Source of the DNA: a bacterium
Lineage (GTDB): Bacteria; Desulfobacterota; DSWW01
NCBI GenBank assembly: GCA_040756235.1
Contig: JBFLZG010000154.1
Coordinates: 35,046-99,045, forward strand
DNA length: 64,000 nucleotides
Reading direction: 5' to 3'
The notes under the pieces are model-generated. The model was not told where the DNA came from. It was given only the letters and a program-made list of their open reading frames with translations, and did not search any database. Below, piece by piece: positions 62,354 through 64,000 of the stretch; positions within the stretch are counted from its first letter, which is position 1, and every line of letters starts with the position of its first letter. The translations under genes and the position numbers were made by a program.

Positions 62354-63634
62354 ATGCTTCATCATCTTCGGTTCAAGCCCGAAAACAGCGAGCGGCTGAT
62401 TCGCAACATCTTTGCCACCCGTTCTGCTTTCGCGATTGTCGGCTGGGTTCTGGCCGTTCTCTTGAGTTCCCTCTCCGGTCGCATTCCGTTTCTGGGCCAC
62501 ATGGTCGATGTGGAGGTGAGGATCTGGGCGGCTTCCACGGTGCTCATCGTGGAAGGTCTGCTCTTCGTTCCGTACTACTGGGCGCGGCGCCGATATCCGG
62601 ATCGGGAAGGGCTGATCGATACGCTTACGGCGACCATTGACGCGTTGATGACGACCCTCTACATCTACTCGATCGGAGGCATCAACTTCGGCGTGGCCGC
62701 GATGTTCTACGCCCTGATAATCGCCTTTACGGGGTCAGTACTCTCTCCGGCGCAAACGAGATACGTGATCTTTCTTTGCATCCTGCTCTATACGGGGCTT
62801 TCCTACTTGGAGTGGAACGGGTTGCTCTCAGCTGGGACCGAGCCTGGACCAAGGATGCGGAGCGAGTACATGAGTCTTTTCCTCTTCCAGGGTTTCGGGA
62901 TGCTGGTCTTTGGAGTCATTGGCTATCTGATTGGACGGGAGTACCGGGGCCGAGAGCGCCTCATGGAGGTGGGTTCGTTTGTCCTGGGGCTCTCGCACGA
63001 GCTCAAGCCTCCCCTCATGGCGGTGCTGCTGGGGGTGACCCGGCTTACGCCTGGGACCGTCGTAAGGGAGGAGGACGTGGAGGGGATAAGGGGAAGTGTG
63101 CTTCGGCTGAAGAAGCTCGTGAACTCAATCCTCGATTACGGCTCCATTGGGGATGTCCCTCTGCATTCGGTACCGGCTTCGGAGGTGGTCGAGCTTGGGG
63201 TGGAAATGACCCGTGTGGCCCTCTCAGAGAATTCCAGCAGGGTACGGATCGAGCTCGAGACGTGCCCCCGGGGCAGGGCCCCCGTAATGGCGGATAAGGA
63301 ATGGCTGGCGCAGGCTTTGGCGAATATCATGAGGAACGCCGCTGAGGCGGGCAGGGCAAGGGGTGTGGTCACGGTGAGGCTTCGGGTCGAAGATGCCCTC
63401 TGGGCAACGATCGAGGTCATAGACCACGGCCAAGGGATGTCTGCCGATACGATAAGTCGTATCTTCAAGCCCTTTTTCACGACCAAGGGGAGCGGAATGG
63501 GCTACGGTCTCGGGCTGCCGGTCGCTCGCAGAATCGTCGAGGCGCACGGCGGGAGCGTTTCCGTGGAGAGCGAGCCAGGGGCGGGGACCTTCTTCACGGT
63601 ACGCTTACCGTTGGCCGACGGTCTTGTGGGGTGA
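62354..63634 (+). CDS. Sensor histidine kinase with multi-TM input domain
   Basis: About 5-6 TMs, then SHELKPPL (H-box), QALANIMRNA, DHGQGM, FKPFFTTK and GYGLGL. Confidence 0.92.
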   Translation: MLHHLRFKPENSERLIRNIFATRSAFAIVGWVLAVLLSSLSGRIPFLGHMVDVEVRIWAASTVLIVEGLLFVPYYWARRRYPDREGLIDTLTATIDALMTTLYIYSIGGINFGVAAMFYALIIAFTGSVLSPAQTRYVIFLCILLYTGLSYLEWNGLLSAGTEPGPRMRSEYMSLFLFQGFGMLVFGVIGYLIGREYRGRERLMEVGSFVLGLSHELKPPLMAVLLGVTRLTPGTVVREEDVEGIRGSVLRLKKLVNSILDYGSIGDVPLHSVPASEVVELGVEMTRVALSENSSRVRIELETCPRGRAPVMADKEWLAQALANIMRNAAEAGRARGVVTVRLRVEDALWATIEVIDHGQGMSADTISRIFKPFFTTKGSGMGYGLGLPVARRIVEAHGGSVSVESEPGAGTFFTVRLPLADGLVG

Positions 63635-63690
63635 AGCCGGGCAGCAGGGAACAGCTCCACGAGACTCATCCATGAAACGGGGGGGCTGGA

Positions 63691-64000
63691 ATGTCCGACG
63701 CAGCGTTCGCAAGCGGAGTTGAAAGGCAGATCTTGATCGTCGAGGACGAGCCTGAGCTTGCGGGCTTACTCAAGGTGACCCTCGAGGAAAAAGGCTACCT
63801 GGCGGACATCGCCGGCGACGCCGTCACCGCCGAAGAGAAGATCGCGCAAATGCGTCCGCCGCTGCTCCTACTCGATCTCTCCATTCCGCCGCTCAACACT
63901 CCCGAGTGCGGCCTGGAGCTTCTGCGCAAATGCGTGGGAACCTACCCGGCGACGAAGGTGATTGTGCTCACCGGGCACCGCAAAAGGTCGATTGCGGCGC
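63691..64000 (+). CDS. Response regulator (PrsR-like receiver), truncated by window edge
   Basis: Manual translation: MSDAAFASGVERQILIVEDE...LLLLDLSIPPLNTPECGLELLRK...TKVIVLTGH. Confidence 0.85.
   Translation, partial: MSDAAFASGVERQILIVEDEPELAGLLKVTLEEKGYLADIAGDAVTAEEKIAQMRPPLLLLDLSIPPLNTPECGLELLRKCVGTYPATKVIVLTGHRKRSIAA

Larger units (their letters stand above)
59075..64000. mobile_element. Probable integrative element/genomic island at tRNA-Asp (left part only)
   Basis: Direct repeat ATTCCCAACA twice next to the tRNA, an excisionase-like gene, and by eye a lower-GC, atypical codon style downstream. No integrase or attR in the window. Confidence 0.6.

Overview
High-GC bacterial chromosome window, most consistent with an anaerobic deltaproteobacterium (Desulfobacterota-like; inferred from gene content, sigma54 motifs and repeat families). 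Most of it is core or housekeeping: carB, hisF, clpB, cysK, rdgB, an rpoE/anti-sigma/rseB cluster, tig-clpP-clpX-lon and 8 tRNA genes. These are interleaved with accessory metabolic and envelope genes: two crotonases, a CoA transferase, an operon pairing a corrinoid protein with an acetylene-hydratase-like Mo/W enzyme, acyltransferases, an ABC exporter, a standalone GMP-synthase B subunit, MscS, glycosyltransferases and a standalone LigD-type primase-polymerase. Intergenic DNA carries several small repeat families, including a 213-bp MITE with 20-bp TIRs and a TAA target duplication. At the right end, tRNA-Asp appears to be the left junction of an integrated element. It has arm-like repeats, an excisionase-like HTH gene and two sigma54 motifs, then an MMPL transporter, an intramembrane histidine kinase and a PrsR-like response regulator truncated by the window edge. 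The best candidates for novelty are that island-borne MMPL/two-component module, the corrinoid-Mo/W operon, and an exported metzincin-like protein whose catalytic Glu is replaced by Lys. All calls come from reading motifs by eye; no database searches were run.
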